Source of the DNA: Anthoceros angustus
Lineage: Eukaryota; Plantae; Anthocerotophyta
Length of the DNA stretch: 64,000 nucleotides
Assembly: GCA_010909165.1 (NCBI GenBank)
Contig: VJWM01000103.1
Location: forward strand, 744,001-808,000
Direction of reading: 5' to 3'
The position numbers were made by a program, and so were the translations under genes. Positions 1 to 11,119 of the stretch are shown here, one piece after another. Below the pieces are notes generated by a model, which was not told the origin of the DNA, ran no database searches, and saw only the letters and a program-made list of their open reading frames with translations. Position 1 is the first letter of the stretch; each line of letters begins with the position of its first letter.

Positions 1-856
1 TATCCTCATACCTCCAAAAAGTCATGTTTCCCCATTAGAGGATCATTTTTCGCATTCTTTTTGCACAGTGCGTGCACAAGTATGCGCATAGCATTGTTTA
101 GGCGCACTTATGCGTGCCTAGGCCTCCCTGGTATACAAAAACATACAAAACCACACAAAATGCAGAAACTATGGGCATGACAAAATTATGGAACAATGAG
201 GTCACTGGCCCTTCATCACATGGACTAAATCGCCATGAACCTGAGTACAAGGCGCCAGCGCGGTGTAAATGATTCGACAGGAAGTGGTGCCGGAGCCGAG
301 AATGCCCGAAATCGATAGATGAACACCTACAAAAACCTACAAAAACTAAACCAACTTCAGTTTCCGGCGAAATAGGGTTGGGATTTTTTCCAAAACCCCT
401 TTAGACAGGAGAAACCCCTTTCTACATAGTCGATGTTATATATTTGACTAATGCTATACACTAGAGCCCTCCGCAAACATTTTTCAACCTTATTTCACCA
501 ATCACGTCCTTGGCCATAGCTCTTTCACGACCACCCGGAGAATGTGGGAGTGTATCTGAGATAGGCGTTAAGAGTGGTCAATCTCACGAGGGAGGACCAA
601 CAAATAGCCATGCCCATCGAATTCTACCACTATTGAAGTAGTGTCTGGAGCAGCTACTTTCATAGCATGCTCTCATCATGCACTATTGCACACAGGATAC
701 AAAAGAATCTGTCGGTGAGCCAATCTCAGTATCAAGCAAGGATTTTCCTCACTGTGCTTCTTAGATTTGGTCTTGTCCAGCTTTGAGAAAGTCTGTGGCA
801 ACAGGTTCGATTAATCCTCGTCCCAAACAATCCCCATACTTTTTCCGACTAGTCCC

Positions 857-945
857 CCGGTTTGATCCATCCTCGTCCAAGTTGCTTCCCGGCTTCGATC
901 CATCTTTATCCCAATAGCTACCCGGGTTTGATCCATTCAAGTTTG
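857..945. repeat. Degenerate ~33-bp tandem repeat (~2.7 copies)
   Basis: Core GGTTTGATCCAT / GGCTTCGATCCAT / GGTTTGATCCAT recurs at 33-nt spacing. It gives the DGSKPGS/DGSNRG repeats in ORF 761..1027(-). Confidence 0.6.
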
Positions 946-1829
946 AGTCAATTTGTCGCTGACGAGATGCATCTGCCACGAATGCTCTTAAAGTTAACGT
1001 AGTAGCTGGTATGGCTTCACCATTCATAGGGCATGTCTAGGTAGAACATTCCCCCTTGCCTATAGCAGGTTGTGAAACGGGTCAGGAAATGCTACGACTC
1101 TAGGCGATACCACACCTCACCTAGCCTGGGGCAGGACAACGGAAATTCAATGGTGAGCCAATCTACAGGAGCTCTACGGTCTATTTTTCGACAGCGTCAT
1201 GCCAACTACACCTCTCCGACCTTGAAAAAAGGTTCGCCGCCAGGCCGAATGACAAGTTCTATCCTGATCCCACGTCAGTCTCATCCCGCTTTCTTTCCTC
1301 AATTTCATTTTTTCGAGTTCACTCTTTCAGTTATGTTCTACCTTTTTAGAAATAATAATCTGAAGGAGATGATTTGGTTCAATATTTCCCTACTAACGTG
1401 GATATAGACCTCATCCTTCCTCCCTTCAAAAACTTAATGTACTAATAGTGCTAGAGTAACTTAGTACTACTAGAGGCGTCTCCCTACGATGCATAGGGCA
1501 AATTGGTTTCCCACATGCGAGACTGGCAGCGTGTAACAAATCTTATTATCTAGCTATCTATCTACTAATTAACTTTAACCTTTTTATCTTTCTATTTTAT
1601 TTCACCAGTGCTGTTACTAGAACGATAATGATCGCGAAACCTGGATTCCTTGGGATTAGAGAGAGCCTGTGGTCTTACTACATGAGAACGGCAAAAGAGA
1701 GGAAGATAAGGGAGGTGCAGCGGCCGCAGCATGCCGCCTTCGTTATTATTAGGTAGGTAGTGAAAAAGAGTCTCGTCTACTCAAACCGACCAAACCGTCA
1801 AGCTGTGTGACATATTCGATGGGTTCTCA

Positions 1830-2669
1830 TCACAAGCGGGCGTACCAAAGTTGGCTGCCTTCCCGTAGCCCACACGGAAATGAGGAGGGGTGAGGAGGAG
1901 TGTCACACTGTGAAGGTGAAGGACACACAAGTCTTATGATCTGGACAAATTGCAACCAGAGATCTGGTGTTCGCTTCCACACACCGGTCGGATGAGACAA
2001 ATGCGAGGTGCCAACTCCAAAATTGGCAATGACCCAGGTCGGCAGATACCCGGAGAACGAGTTCCACATCTAGCATAAACCCGTGCCCAGGAAAGACCTA
2101 GATGCACACTTGACATACATAATAATATCTCATACATACTTGAATATCGTGGGCAGGTCTTTTTTGTACTGAGAACGCAACTCCCCAGGCAGATGCCCTG
2201 TCTCGGCCAAGTTCGAAATTCGCTGCCACTGTCGACATCCGCCGTGGTACGGAGCATCAGACAGAGCCTCTTTCTACCTCATTCGTCCATGAGCGAGCAC
2301 CACAAGACCTGCGATCCCCCGTTGGTTGCCACTCGATGGAGCTGTAGATGTGATGTAGATACTAGAAAGCCCTGTTATAAATGCCCTCGAGATGCCCTGA
2401 CTGCCGATGCCGACAACTGTAGGGCTCCCAAGACCTAGCGGCAATGACACCGAGAAAACACGAGCAATCACGCGTTCCCCCAAATCAAGGCACTTCGTAC
2501 CCCTCGTGTTCCGGGGGGCTACAGGCACTACCTTGACAGGCTAGATCGGACAGCAACCATCCGCGCACCACAAAAACAGCACCTGATTGTGATGAGGCCT
2601 ACACCTCATCAGACGGCCAGCTCCTTCACCTGATCTACGGGACTTGGCCTTCCTTGACCCTACCAGCAT
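1830..2669 (-). CDS. Unidentified multi-exon gene (tentative)
   Basis: Minus-strand GT/AG sites give a phase-consistent chain ...SIEWQPTGDRRSCGARSWTNE|WQRISNLAETGHLPGELRSQYKKDLPTIFKY|VFPGHGFMLDVELVLR|... The start (ATG 2669) and last exon are uncertain; no family recognised. Confidence 0.35.
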
Positions 2670-2900
2670 GTCCAGCCAACCAGCACGTCCAGTCTGCAGC
2701 CTGAGACCGCTACAGCTCCACACGCACAGCAGATTAGGCTAACTGTACACTGTCCACAAAAGACCAAAGCCGTTGCTCTCCAGGTCTTTTGTTCGATATC
2801 GTAATCGATGCGCCTTTCCCGGCTGTATCATGTCCTGATCGTAGCTCCATCCCACGGTAGAGACGAGTCACCTCACACGTCGGACTCGCCCCTCCAAGGC

Positions 2901-3701
2901 TCAGCATCCTTCAGAAGCCCTTCTCCTCTCGTTATCACAGATTCCAGATTCCCAATCCAGCAAATACTGTTTGGCGTGCAGGCCAAAGCCATAGCCTCCA
3001 AGGTTTCCAGCTTCCTTTCTTACAACACGGTGGCAAGGGACGATGAGACAGATAGGGTTTTTCCCATTCGCTCCTCCGACGGCCCTGCTTTTGCTTGGTT
3101 CTCCCATCATCTTTGCCTGGTCCTGGTACGAGATTCGTTGGCCAAACTCTATCTGCTGTAGCACAGCCCAGACCTTCTTCTGGAAGGTGGTGCCTTCTAG
3201 GCACAGCGGTATGTCAAACTCCTTCCGCTGCCCGGTAAAGTACTCCTGAACCTGCTGCTTGGCCTGTCTCAAAACAACAGACATCAAATCAATGCAAGCT
3301 CGCTACTTCCCTCCTGCCCTAATCTTAATGGAGACCTCTACGCTACAAGTAAGTGACAGCTTAGCTGCACCAGCTACAGAATGTGCCAAAGGTGACAGCC
3401 ACCATGATCCCTCTCTTTCAACTCCCGTGTCAAATCAACCGGCCACAGCTTACGTGCAACCGCAGACATGCTCTCACAGAGACGATTAAAACGTGAAGAA
3501 AGCTCCCACCCCAGCAACAACATCACACACAGCCTGCCTGACACCTACCAAAGCAAGCACCGGATGGCCATCTGTGGATGAGGTCAGACCACCAGCCGGC
3601 AGCGTGCCGAATGAGGCAGAGTGCAGGGCTGTGGCGGATGCCCCTAAGATCAGTGGCCCCAAAGGCGTGGTCACACTATCGTATTCCAGCAAGCGCTCCA
3701 T
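2901..3701 (-). CDS. MGMT: Methylated-DNA-protein-cysteine S-methyltransferase (O6-alkylguanine-DNA alkyltransferase, Ogt/MGMT family), ~171 aa, 2 exons
   Basis: Exon 1 3701-3549 (MERLLEYDSVTTPLGPLILGAS...HPVLAL), GT-AG intron 3548-3264, exon 2 3263-2901 (AKQQVQEYFTGQRKEFDIPL...ISYQDQA...SRAVGGANGKNPICLIVPCHRVV...GGYGFG). The ISY tyrosine, RAVG arginine finger and PCHR catalytic motif are all present. Confidence 0.95.
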
Positions 3702-3942
3702 GGCGGCCGATGTTCCAACACCGCACCTCCAGCTTCAAATCCACCATCTGGACAAACCCTAACGACTACTGGCAACCCGAGCGATATTTCCGAGAATATT
3801 CTGCCACCTCGAAGCTAGGAACGAACTTGCCGTGCAACAAAGGGATTTTCTTTGGAATTGAATATCACGAATGTGGAAGGCCAAGAATGAATGAAAAGAA
3901 TCCGGGTTGGACAGTAGGAGAGGAATCCAAGGATCCCAGTGT

Positions 3943-5419
3943 TCATGTCCAAGGCCAACCTCCAGCCTCTCTCCATCTGAACAGACGGGCTGTCGGTTCC
4001 TGGCTTTGACTGGAACGCAGTTCGGCATCTCTTGCTCGAGCCCGGTCGCGGTAAGCTGAACCATCGACGTCCTTGGGATGTGGCTGCACCTTCACCCCTT
4101 TCCACAGCAGCATGATTGCCTGCCAGCCAAAACAGCCGCAGTTAATGGCAACGAGCAAGACCACAGGACTGTCATGAGGTGAGACAGGCCAGTGTGTAGA
4201 ATGTACGCACCTGCCAGTAGATCCACAGGGCAACCTTGTGAGGCATGAGCCACAGAAAGGCCTCGGGACTGCCGACGCTCTTGTCATCCACTCTCTTCAT
4301 TCGCAGGTTAGCGACAAAGTAGTCTCCCAGCTGGGGATGCTGCACCTGGATGGTGAGCTGTAGGCTCTCCCCAGGGGCAGAAGCCAGCATCCGCCATGAC
4401 CCTAGCATGTCCTGTAAACAACACCAGCTTGCTTGGTTGGATGTCTGTAAACAGACAACTCTGCAGCAATGTAGGATATAATCGAGGATGTCAGGGCAAT
4501 GAGGAATACCATGAATGGACTGACGTGGAGAGGTTTGGCCACTGTGTCAACCCTGGGCTCGAAGATAAAGGTGACCCTCTCGCCCCATGGCGTATTAGTC
4601 ACCTGAAGGAAGCAGAATGAGCTGCAAGACAAACATGCCATGCGGAGCCATCCAAGGACTAAGCCGCTGCAACAATCTTTTTTCAACTGCAAACTTACAT
4701 ACCTCTGCTATGCATTTCATAAGGTCTCCAGCATCTGCTCCATAACAGTAATAGACACTGAGGGGATTCTGCTCGTAGCCCACACTTCTGAGCATGGTAA
4801 GCAGGTATCTGTGGCAACACCAACAACAGATTCAGCACTGGGAACCCACCTGCTGCCAACCCGGTCCAAGTACATGGTCGAGCAGCTCACGCATTCAGCT
4901 CCTACAAAGAAGGAACCACGATGCCTACACTGTTCCCGACGTCCCTGATATGGTGCGAGCCTGCTCAGCACTCAAATGCTCTTTGGCAGCAGATGACAGA
5001 TACCACGAGGGAGGACTGTCCAAATTCACAAATGCGTATCGAACGCGGTAGTCGAACTTGTGCACCACCGGATGCCGCCTCTCGTGCCACACTCTGCCTT
5101 CATAGATCAGACTGCCGCTGACCTTCTGCGTCTCCGCCACAAGCCCGTCCCTTTCCCCCTCCGTCTGGGTCTGTGATCTGCAGCTCTCATTTGCCTCGTG
5201 TTGAACCTCATTCTGCCTTCTTCCTTGTCGGTCGTTGAAGACCGACTTGAGCAAAAGCACAACGCTGCGTGCGCCAAGGTGAAGCGATTGCCCGCACGAG
5301 AGGCAGAACGTGAGAAGAATGCTGAAGAGAAGAGAACATATTTGCGCTAGCGTGCACACTGTGTCGGCAAAAGAGGACGAAGACCGTCGTGTAGAGGCAA
5401 TCACAGGGCACACCGCCAT
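3943..5419 (-). CDS. DUF1365 family protein, ~5 exons
   Basis: Motifs IYEGRVWHERRHPVVHKFDYRVRYAFVNLD, SVGYEQNPLSVYYCY, VTNTPWGERVTF, VAKPLHVSPFM, LMPHKVALWIYWQ|AIMLLWKGV and C-terminal FRWREAGGWPWT*. The N-terminus is hydrophobic; ATG 5419 is the last in-frame Met before the domain. Confidence 0.9.
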
Positions 5420-5501
5420 CTTCCAGAATAAAACGGAAGGAGTTTTTGGACTGCCTGTACAGTGATTAGTCCGATATATGTGCAGGATTTGGGCATGGAG
5501 G

Positions 5502-8397
5502 TCACAGCTTCCAGTACCATCCCCTCCAATGCAAGAATGCGGAGACCACACACCAGAAAAGGATCTCTCCGAAAAGCACATACAGCAGCATTCCAACCCT
5601 TGTTGACCCCACCAGTTTGATAAAGATATGCCTTTGGATCCACCACACCTGCATCGAGGATAGTATCAGCTCATCGGGTCTCCCTACAATGCCTGGCAGC
5701 AAAGGCGACAACTGCATCGTCAATGAGACCTCACCAAATCATTGCCCGGTGAATGAAAGTAGAAGCCCTTGACAAAACCCGAGAGGATGCCTTGAGCTCC
5801 CAAAACAAAGACCAGCATGGCATTCATGCCCACCCATTCCAACCATATCGTTGGCTTTCTGATGCTATAAAAATCAATCTGCCGGACAGGTTCAGGGGCA
5901 AGGGCCGAATGTCAACAAAAGATGATCACGCTTCTCACGTGAAGCTGAAAAACATTAGTGTATAGAATGTAGTGAGCTACCAGAATATAGAGGGCTGAGA
6001 ACAGCAATCCAGCAGCTCCTCCAGTGAAAGCAACGTAGCTTACGCTGTACAGCTGCTTGTTGATGGGTATTGCTGCGAGGCATAGTGTTTAGGTTATCCA
6101 CTCCAGAACCACAGACAGTGGCGAAAGCAAGCATCACTTACCATGGGAGAAGTGAAGAACAGTGCCCAGCAGTATAAGGGCTACTCCAGGTGCAACCCAG
6201 TGTATCAGTCTCTTTACATGGCCCTGCCAAACCCATGCAGCGACCAGGTGGCAAGCTTGTTAACTTCTGGAGACTCCTGGTGGTGGGAACAAAATCAATT
6301 GGATGGATGATTGCAGGAGAGGTTGTATTACCTTGTGATGGATAAGGACATGACCATAATGGATTCCCAGCAGGCAGCTCAGGATAGCTGATACCGAGCT
6401 GGAAGCCACACATGAGCATGTCAAGTATGAGCTAGGTCTGAATACCTCTGCAAGACTGATAAAGTCACGAACATGACGTTTCCTAACCTAAGAATGCCTT
6501 CTGGCTCAAAGGGACCTTGACACCAGGTTGGAGCATTGGGAGGAGGGTCACCGTCTGCTGGTGAGCTTAGACTACAAGCCTGCACCATAGCTTCTAAATT
6601 GTCAGCGTACTTGGGCACGATGGTTCGCCATGGGAAACCTGCATATGCTCATTGTTATAATCCAAACCAGCTTGAGCTCGAACCTGGGTTCGAGTAAATT
6701 CAGGATATATGTAAAGATGATTAACTCCTTGAATAGCACGGTCTACGTATCCCGCAGCATTACAGGCAGGTCCAACATGTCCCCTTACCCCACACTCCAC
6801 CTGTGATTCACAGACATGAGTTCAATTTCTCACATGAGCCTCATGTTTCGAGTCAAGAATGATCAATGGCTCAGGTCAAAAGCAGGTTTACATGGAGTCT
6901 TGGACCGGGTACATCATCCTGGGTGCCCTGAGCATCAAAATGCCAATCGGGCACATAAAGTCCATACTCTATGCTAAGATAGACCACAAGTATAACTGCT
7001 GCCGCATACCTGTGATGGCCATGTCAAATAGAGAACATGTTAGAATCATATGTGCAAGCCTTGAAGAGCACATGGAAAGAGGTTTCTCAAAGACTTCACC
7101 TCACCAGTGATATCTATAGAGCTTGAATATTGCCAAAGGTCCTTTCTTTAGCTCGAAGTTTCGACTCCTAGTTGTTGCGATTTCGATCATGGCAACCACG
7201 AAATATGAAATGGCAATTCTCTGGTTGGAAGGACAACACACCATACTGCCTAGAGTCAGCACCTTAGGGAACTAAAAGGCTCAGTCGATATGTGGCGGAG
7301 GGAATTCATCTTTCAGATATACCTGCAGGATGCCCATCCAACGAATGCGTTTCATGTCCACTCCGTAGCCAAGATCGTCCGGTGCATGAGAGTAGCCCCC
7401 TGTTTGATATCATCGCATAAATTTGTGAAGTTTCGACAGATGCCTCTGAAAGAAAGATCAGTACCTCTGTCTACTTCAAATTGCAGAGGACTGTGCCCAG
7501 AGTATCAACCTTGTAGCAGGAGCCCCCAGATAAAAAGCTTGATGGTGCGCAGGATTACCTTGTTTGAGGCTCTTGCTTTGTCTGGAATTCTCTTCATCAA
7601 CACCCACCGACGTGTCAATTGACCTCATCAACAGACCTGAAACGGAATATTGCTGTCTGGTTGACATTGTGAACAGTCTTGCAAAAAACTCTTGCAGTAC
7701 CTTGAGAGCAAGAGCGATGGCGATGCCCACAATAAATAGGAAGAAGGGCATGACAATGTCGGCGAGAGTAACTCCATTCCAAGGAGAATGATTTATTTGT
7801 GGCCAATAGCCCCCAGCATCATCCACCAGTATCATGATCTGGTAAACCACCAGAGTCTCAAGTAAGTGTTCACATTTCAGAAGCACGTATACTAGTAACT
7901 GCAATTCGCGAACTCTGGAGACGGTGCCAAAGCTGACACTGGGACAATTTGAAACACTAGACAGATTCACTTGTCAAAGTAGCAATGCTTGGAAGGCAAA
8001 TTTGGCTGGTGGGAACCCAGTTACAAGGACGGTGAGGCCTCGAAATGCGTCCAGGGAGGCCACTCGCTTTGCTTTCTGAGCCTCAACACCAACAGAAGCC
8101 GACTCTTTGACGATGTCGTCATTTGTGCTATCGTTGTACACCGCAGGCAAGGTCAGGGTTTGGTGCTCTGGCTGCTCTGGCAGAATGCTTACAGGGGCCG
8201 TCCACTGGCCATGGTTGGATTCTGAAGATTGGACGTCCACATGACTGTGGATTGGAGAGGTCGTCATTGCCATACTCCAGTGTCCGCCAGAAACAATTGT
8301 GATCAAGGCTGAGTCCCCATTCCAATATTTGCATGAGCCAGCTCATATTCGACTGTTTCCTCGTCGCTGCATCTCGCTGCCGTCCTACCGTTGCCAT
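5502..8397 (-). CDS. Heparan-alpha-glucosaminide N-acetyltransferase-like membrane protein (HGSNAT-like), paralogue 1, multi-exon
   Basis: Motifs RVASLDAFRGLTV, MILVDDAGGYWPQINHSPWNGVTLADIVMPFFLFIVG, CGVRGHVGPACNAAGYVDR, WCQGPFEPEGIL and C-terminal LLYVLFGEILFWCVVSAFLHWRGWYWKL* (stop 5502). The first ATG after the TATA box (8397) is one base out of frame with the domain, probably a sequence indel; alternative start 8273. Confidence 0.9.
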
Positions 8398-8444
8398 CTA
8401 ATTTGTCCGTAGCTACTTCAATTCTCTGATCTGTCCGTTGCAGC

Positions 8445-8452
8445 TATTTATA
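8445..8452 (-). promoter_or_regulatory. TATA box of HGSNAT-like paralogue 1
   Basis: TATAAATA on the minus strand, ~48 nt upstream of ATG 8397. Confidence 0.5.
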
Positions 8453-8825
8453 GCCGTTCCATGGGAATGCAACTGACAGGATTGTATGTTCCAATGAACT
8501 CCTTCTTCGGCCCGTAGATCCTGGCAATCGTATGCAATATAGAAGTAATGCATCGTGTGCTTCATATCCTTCGTCTTACAGGTAAAACCCGCATCACATG
8601 ACAGTAAACCATGTGACCATATACTTATCGATCAGAAGCTCTTACAATCCGGTCTTTCAAAGACTTCCTGATGATGGTCGGGAGCATTCTATTCAGGTGG
8701 TTTTCTTTAGTCCATACTAGCTCATTTCATTCACGACAAAGATTTTCCAGGAGCTTGATCAAGATGTGAAAAGCAGAAGGCCCGCAGCCGGGACTTTACG
8801 AGTCTAAGCAAGTTGCAATGTTAAG

Positions 8826-9980
8826 CTACTGTCTGAAAAACTCCAACTTGAAGCTGTTCGCACGATTGAATGCGATGGAACATACATACACGACCTGCAG
8901 ATGAAACCCGTGCCAAGACTTGAAACCTGTCAGCTAGTCATGGTTGGGTTTCCTGCAGGCCCCAGTGCAGCTTCCAGTCATCAGCGATTGCGTCTAGATT
9001 GCAGGTGGTAAGAGCAGGATATATGTATACATAAGCACAGGTCCATGACAAGGTAACGATGAGCCCGGCGGTGACCAGGGTGTAAGACGCATCCGATTCC
9101 TACAACACGGGCTTCATGAACTACATATGACATGTTCTTGTACATCTGTATGGTCTTGTACATCTGTATGTTCTTGTACATCTGTATGTTCAACAGAGCT
9201 TTGTCAGAGATAGGAATCCATACGTTCGCGAACAAGGAAGCACGGACGTCGTTTATGATGTAATACCATGTAAAGTGAGCGGTGCATCCGCCCCCCAATA
9301 GGAGGAGCCGAGTTGCTAAACATTTTGCCATTCCTGGATAAGGGACAAGGACAAGCGGTAGCACCCAGGAGCTTTGCCTTTATACTGGCACATGTGCAGG
9401 GGCTCAAAGGGAGATATTTTAGTGTAAAACAATTTTAAATAGAATAAAACAAGACAAAAACCAAGAGCGAAAGAGCTAGAGGTACAAAAAAGCGAAGGCC
9501 GTCACCGACGAACCTCACGTACATCCACTTCGCTTGGGTGTCACCAGCCCATCCCTGTCGAGATCGTCGCTTAGGGCAAAAGGCGTTTTGCCGGATGACT
9601 ATGTAGGGCGTGGCACGTGTAGATAACGAACACCATTGAGCGAAGATGCTGACATTTGAGAAGGCCAGCCAGCCGCTGTCAGGCGTCAGGTATGTACAGT
9701 TTACAGCCTGTACGTGCCACAGAATGGTAGGGTAGCCCGGAAGTACATACATGCGTACCGGGGGTCGTGCCAGCAGCTGTCACCTAGCTTCTACATATCT
9801 GGGGCTCAAAGATGGTTGCGACTGGAGAAAGGAGAAAAAGCTAAGCATCTACTCTGTATGCTTATGACACCAGGATAGCTGAGGGAAGATGAACCAGGGT
9901 AGGCTTACCTCGGTTGCTCAAGGAGATGGAAGTAGTAGAACCACATGTACATTGCCTGGCTGTACTCTGAAATGTCCATG
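8826..9980 (-). CDS. Unidentified multi-exon gene or pseudogene, possibly a membrane protein
   Basis: Strong minus-strand splice signals: polypyrimidine acceptors at ~9822 and ~9333; donors AG|GTAAGC ~9908, CG|GTACGC ~9757, AC|GTGAGG ~9517, AC|GTATGG ~9222. One phase-consistent chain ends ...GMAKCLATRLLLLGGGCTAHFTWYYIINDVRASLFAN|ESDASYTLVTAGLIVTLSWTCAY|VVYVCSIAFNRANSFKLEFFRQ*. One 63-nt exon has a stop in all frames. Confidence 0.4.
9132..9191. repeat. 18-bp tandem repeat (ATGTTCTTGTACATCTGT x3.3), intronic
   Basis: Directly visible, with one substitution in copy 2. Confidence 0.9.
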
Positions 9981-10746
9981 ATCAGAAGTCACATATTCCT
10001 GGAGGTAGATGACAGCCGACATGGGCAAACAATCACAAATGCCCCATTCTTGCAGGTTCTCATCCTCCTTGATTATTTTCCTCTCCAGACAGCCAGACAC
10101 TACTGATACTGAAGCCAGACTTGGATAAACTTGGGACGTACAGGGCAGCGTGCACTAAGGTCAATCAGCCCCTGCTTAGAAACTTCCTCCCTTCACGAAC
10201 ATACTCCAAACGCAGTGACAGCGAGAGCAACAATTCAATATCGATGCAGCCTGTTGTGCAAACTCGTGTCCCTCTGTTCGCTGGATTTAAGATGCTTGAA
10301 TTGTACTCGTCAATGATCCGGGGTGAGCATGACGGCTTTCCGGTGTGCCGCAAAGCTCCTTCTCAGCTCTGTGCTCTGCTGCCTCAGGTCTGCCCACACT
10401 TATACTGTGCGGGCGGATCCTGATGCTGCAATAGACGGTCATCGCTTCCGAGCTCCGCTTGACATTCTATCTTACAAGGCACCTTCCCGCATTCAAGATT
10501 TGAGTTCAAAGGTTAGGCCATTCAAGCTTCAAATTGATTTGATTGCGGGGCTACCATTTGATTCACATGTACGCAAATTGTGGAAGCCTGAAATATGCTC
10601 AGTCATGTTTGACAGACCGGATAGAAAACTTGTCATGACGGAACCATTCTTTTAGCAGGATATTTGCAGCAGAAATCCTCTGTGTACAATGGCACCGCTG
10701 CAGCTACGATTATGACATTCTTGTGCATTTGAAGGAATGGTACTCC

Positions 10747-10916
10747 AAATGGTTAGGCCAAAGGGTCACATATTTATAAGAACGTCGTTATTAAGCATCA
10801 TGCGCTTAGATCGGTACTTAGATGGGGTGCTTAAAGGGACTCGATGCCCTTGGTGGAAGTAGCTTGGGCACACACTGGTACAAGTTGTTAAGTACCAAGT
10901 CCCATGACAAGGAAAA
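10747..10916 (+). repeat. Left part of a ~200-bp dispersed repeat, split by the Copia insertion (continues at 19985-20029)
   Basis: Matches the reverse complement of 34095-34286 at roughly 80-85% by eye. Also duplicated at ~15331-15500. Confidence 0.8.
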
Positions 10917-11108
10917 TGTTAGAAAAGCTTATTCCTGAGTTGATTACATTAGAAATGGTGTGCTATGCATACATATATAGCCTTTGGCCTTGTCATACTC
11001 GATAGTATGAAACCCTATCTCGCTCTGGGATAATCCTATATACTTCTAGGACTTATACTCATAACTCTAATATGTGATGTGTTGCACCAATCCTATAGAT
11101 TTCTAACA
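10917..11108 (-). repeat. 3' LTR
   Basis: TGTTAGAAA...TTTCTAACA, followed by the PPT (GAGTGGGAG on minus, 11109-11117). Confidence 0.95.
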
Positions 11109-11119
11109 CTCCCACTCAA

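Noticed and set aside
1-1800. Possible gene or TE at the left edge
   Set aside because: Only short ORFs and a degenerate 33-bp repeat; no domain, LTR or TIR could be supported.
2901-5419. Bacterial contamination or an unmodified bacterial operon (ogt + DUF1365)
   Set aside because: Both genes have canonical spliceosomal introns and are contiguous with plant genes; DUF1365 has the plant-type N- and C-termini.
8981-9364. ORF with (IQMYKN)x3 peptide repeat
   Set aside because: The repeat lies between a GT donor (~9222) and an AG acceptor (~9105), so it is intronic.
9760-9930. In-frame TGA codons as selenocysteine
   Set aside because: That frame breaks at the next exon junction and gives no recognisable selenoprotein motif; land plants are generally described as lacking Sec machinery.
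10323-10655. QIDLIAGLP as a radical-SAM/HemN motif, or KLVMTEPF as an actin-like motif
   Set aside because: Only short chance-level motifs; no CxxxCxxC or other supporting sequence, and no convincing gene structure.
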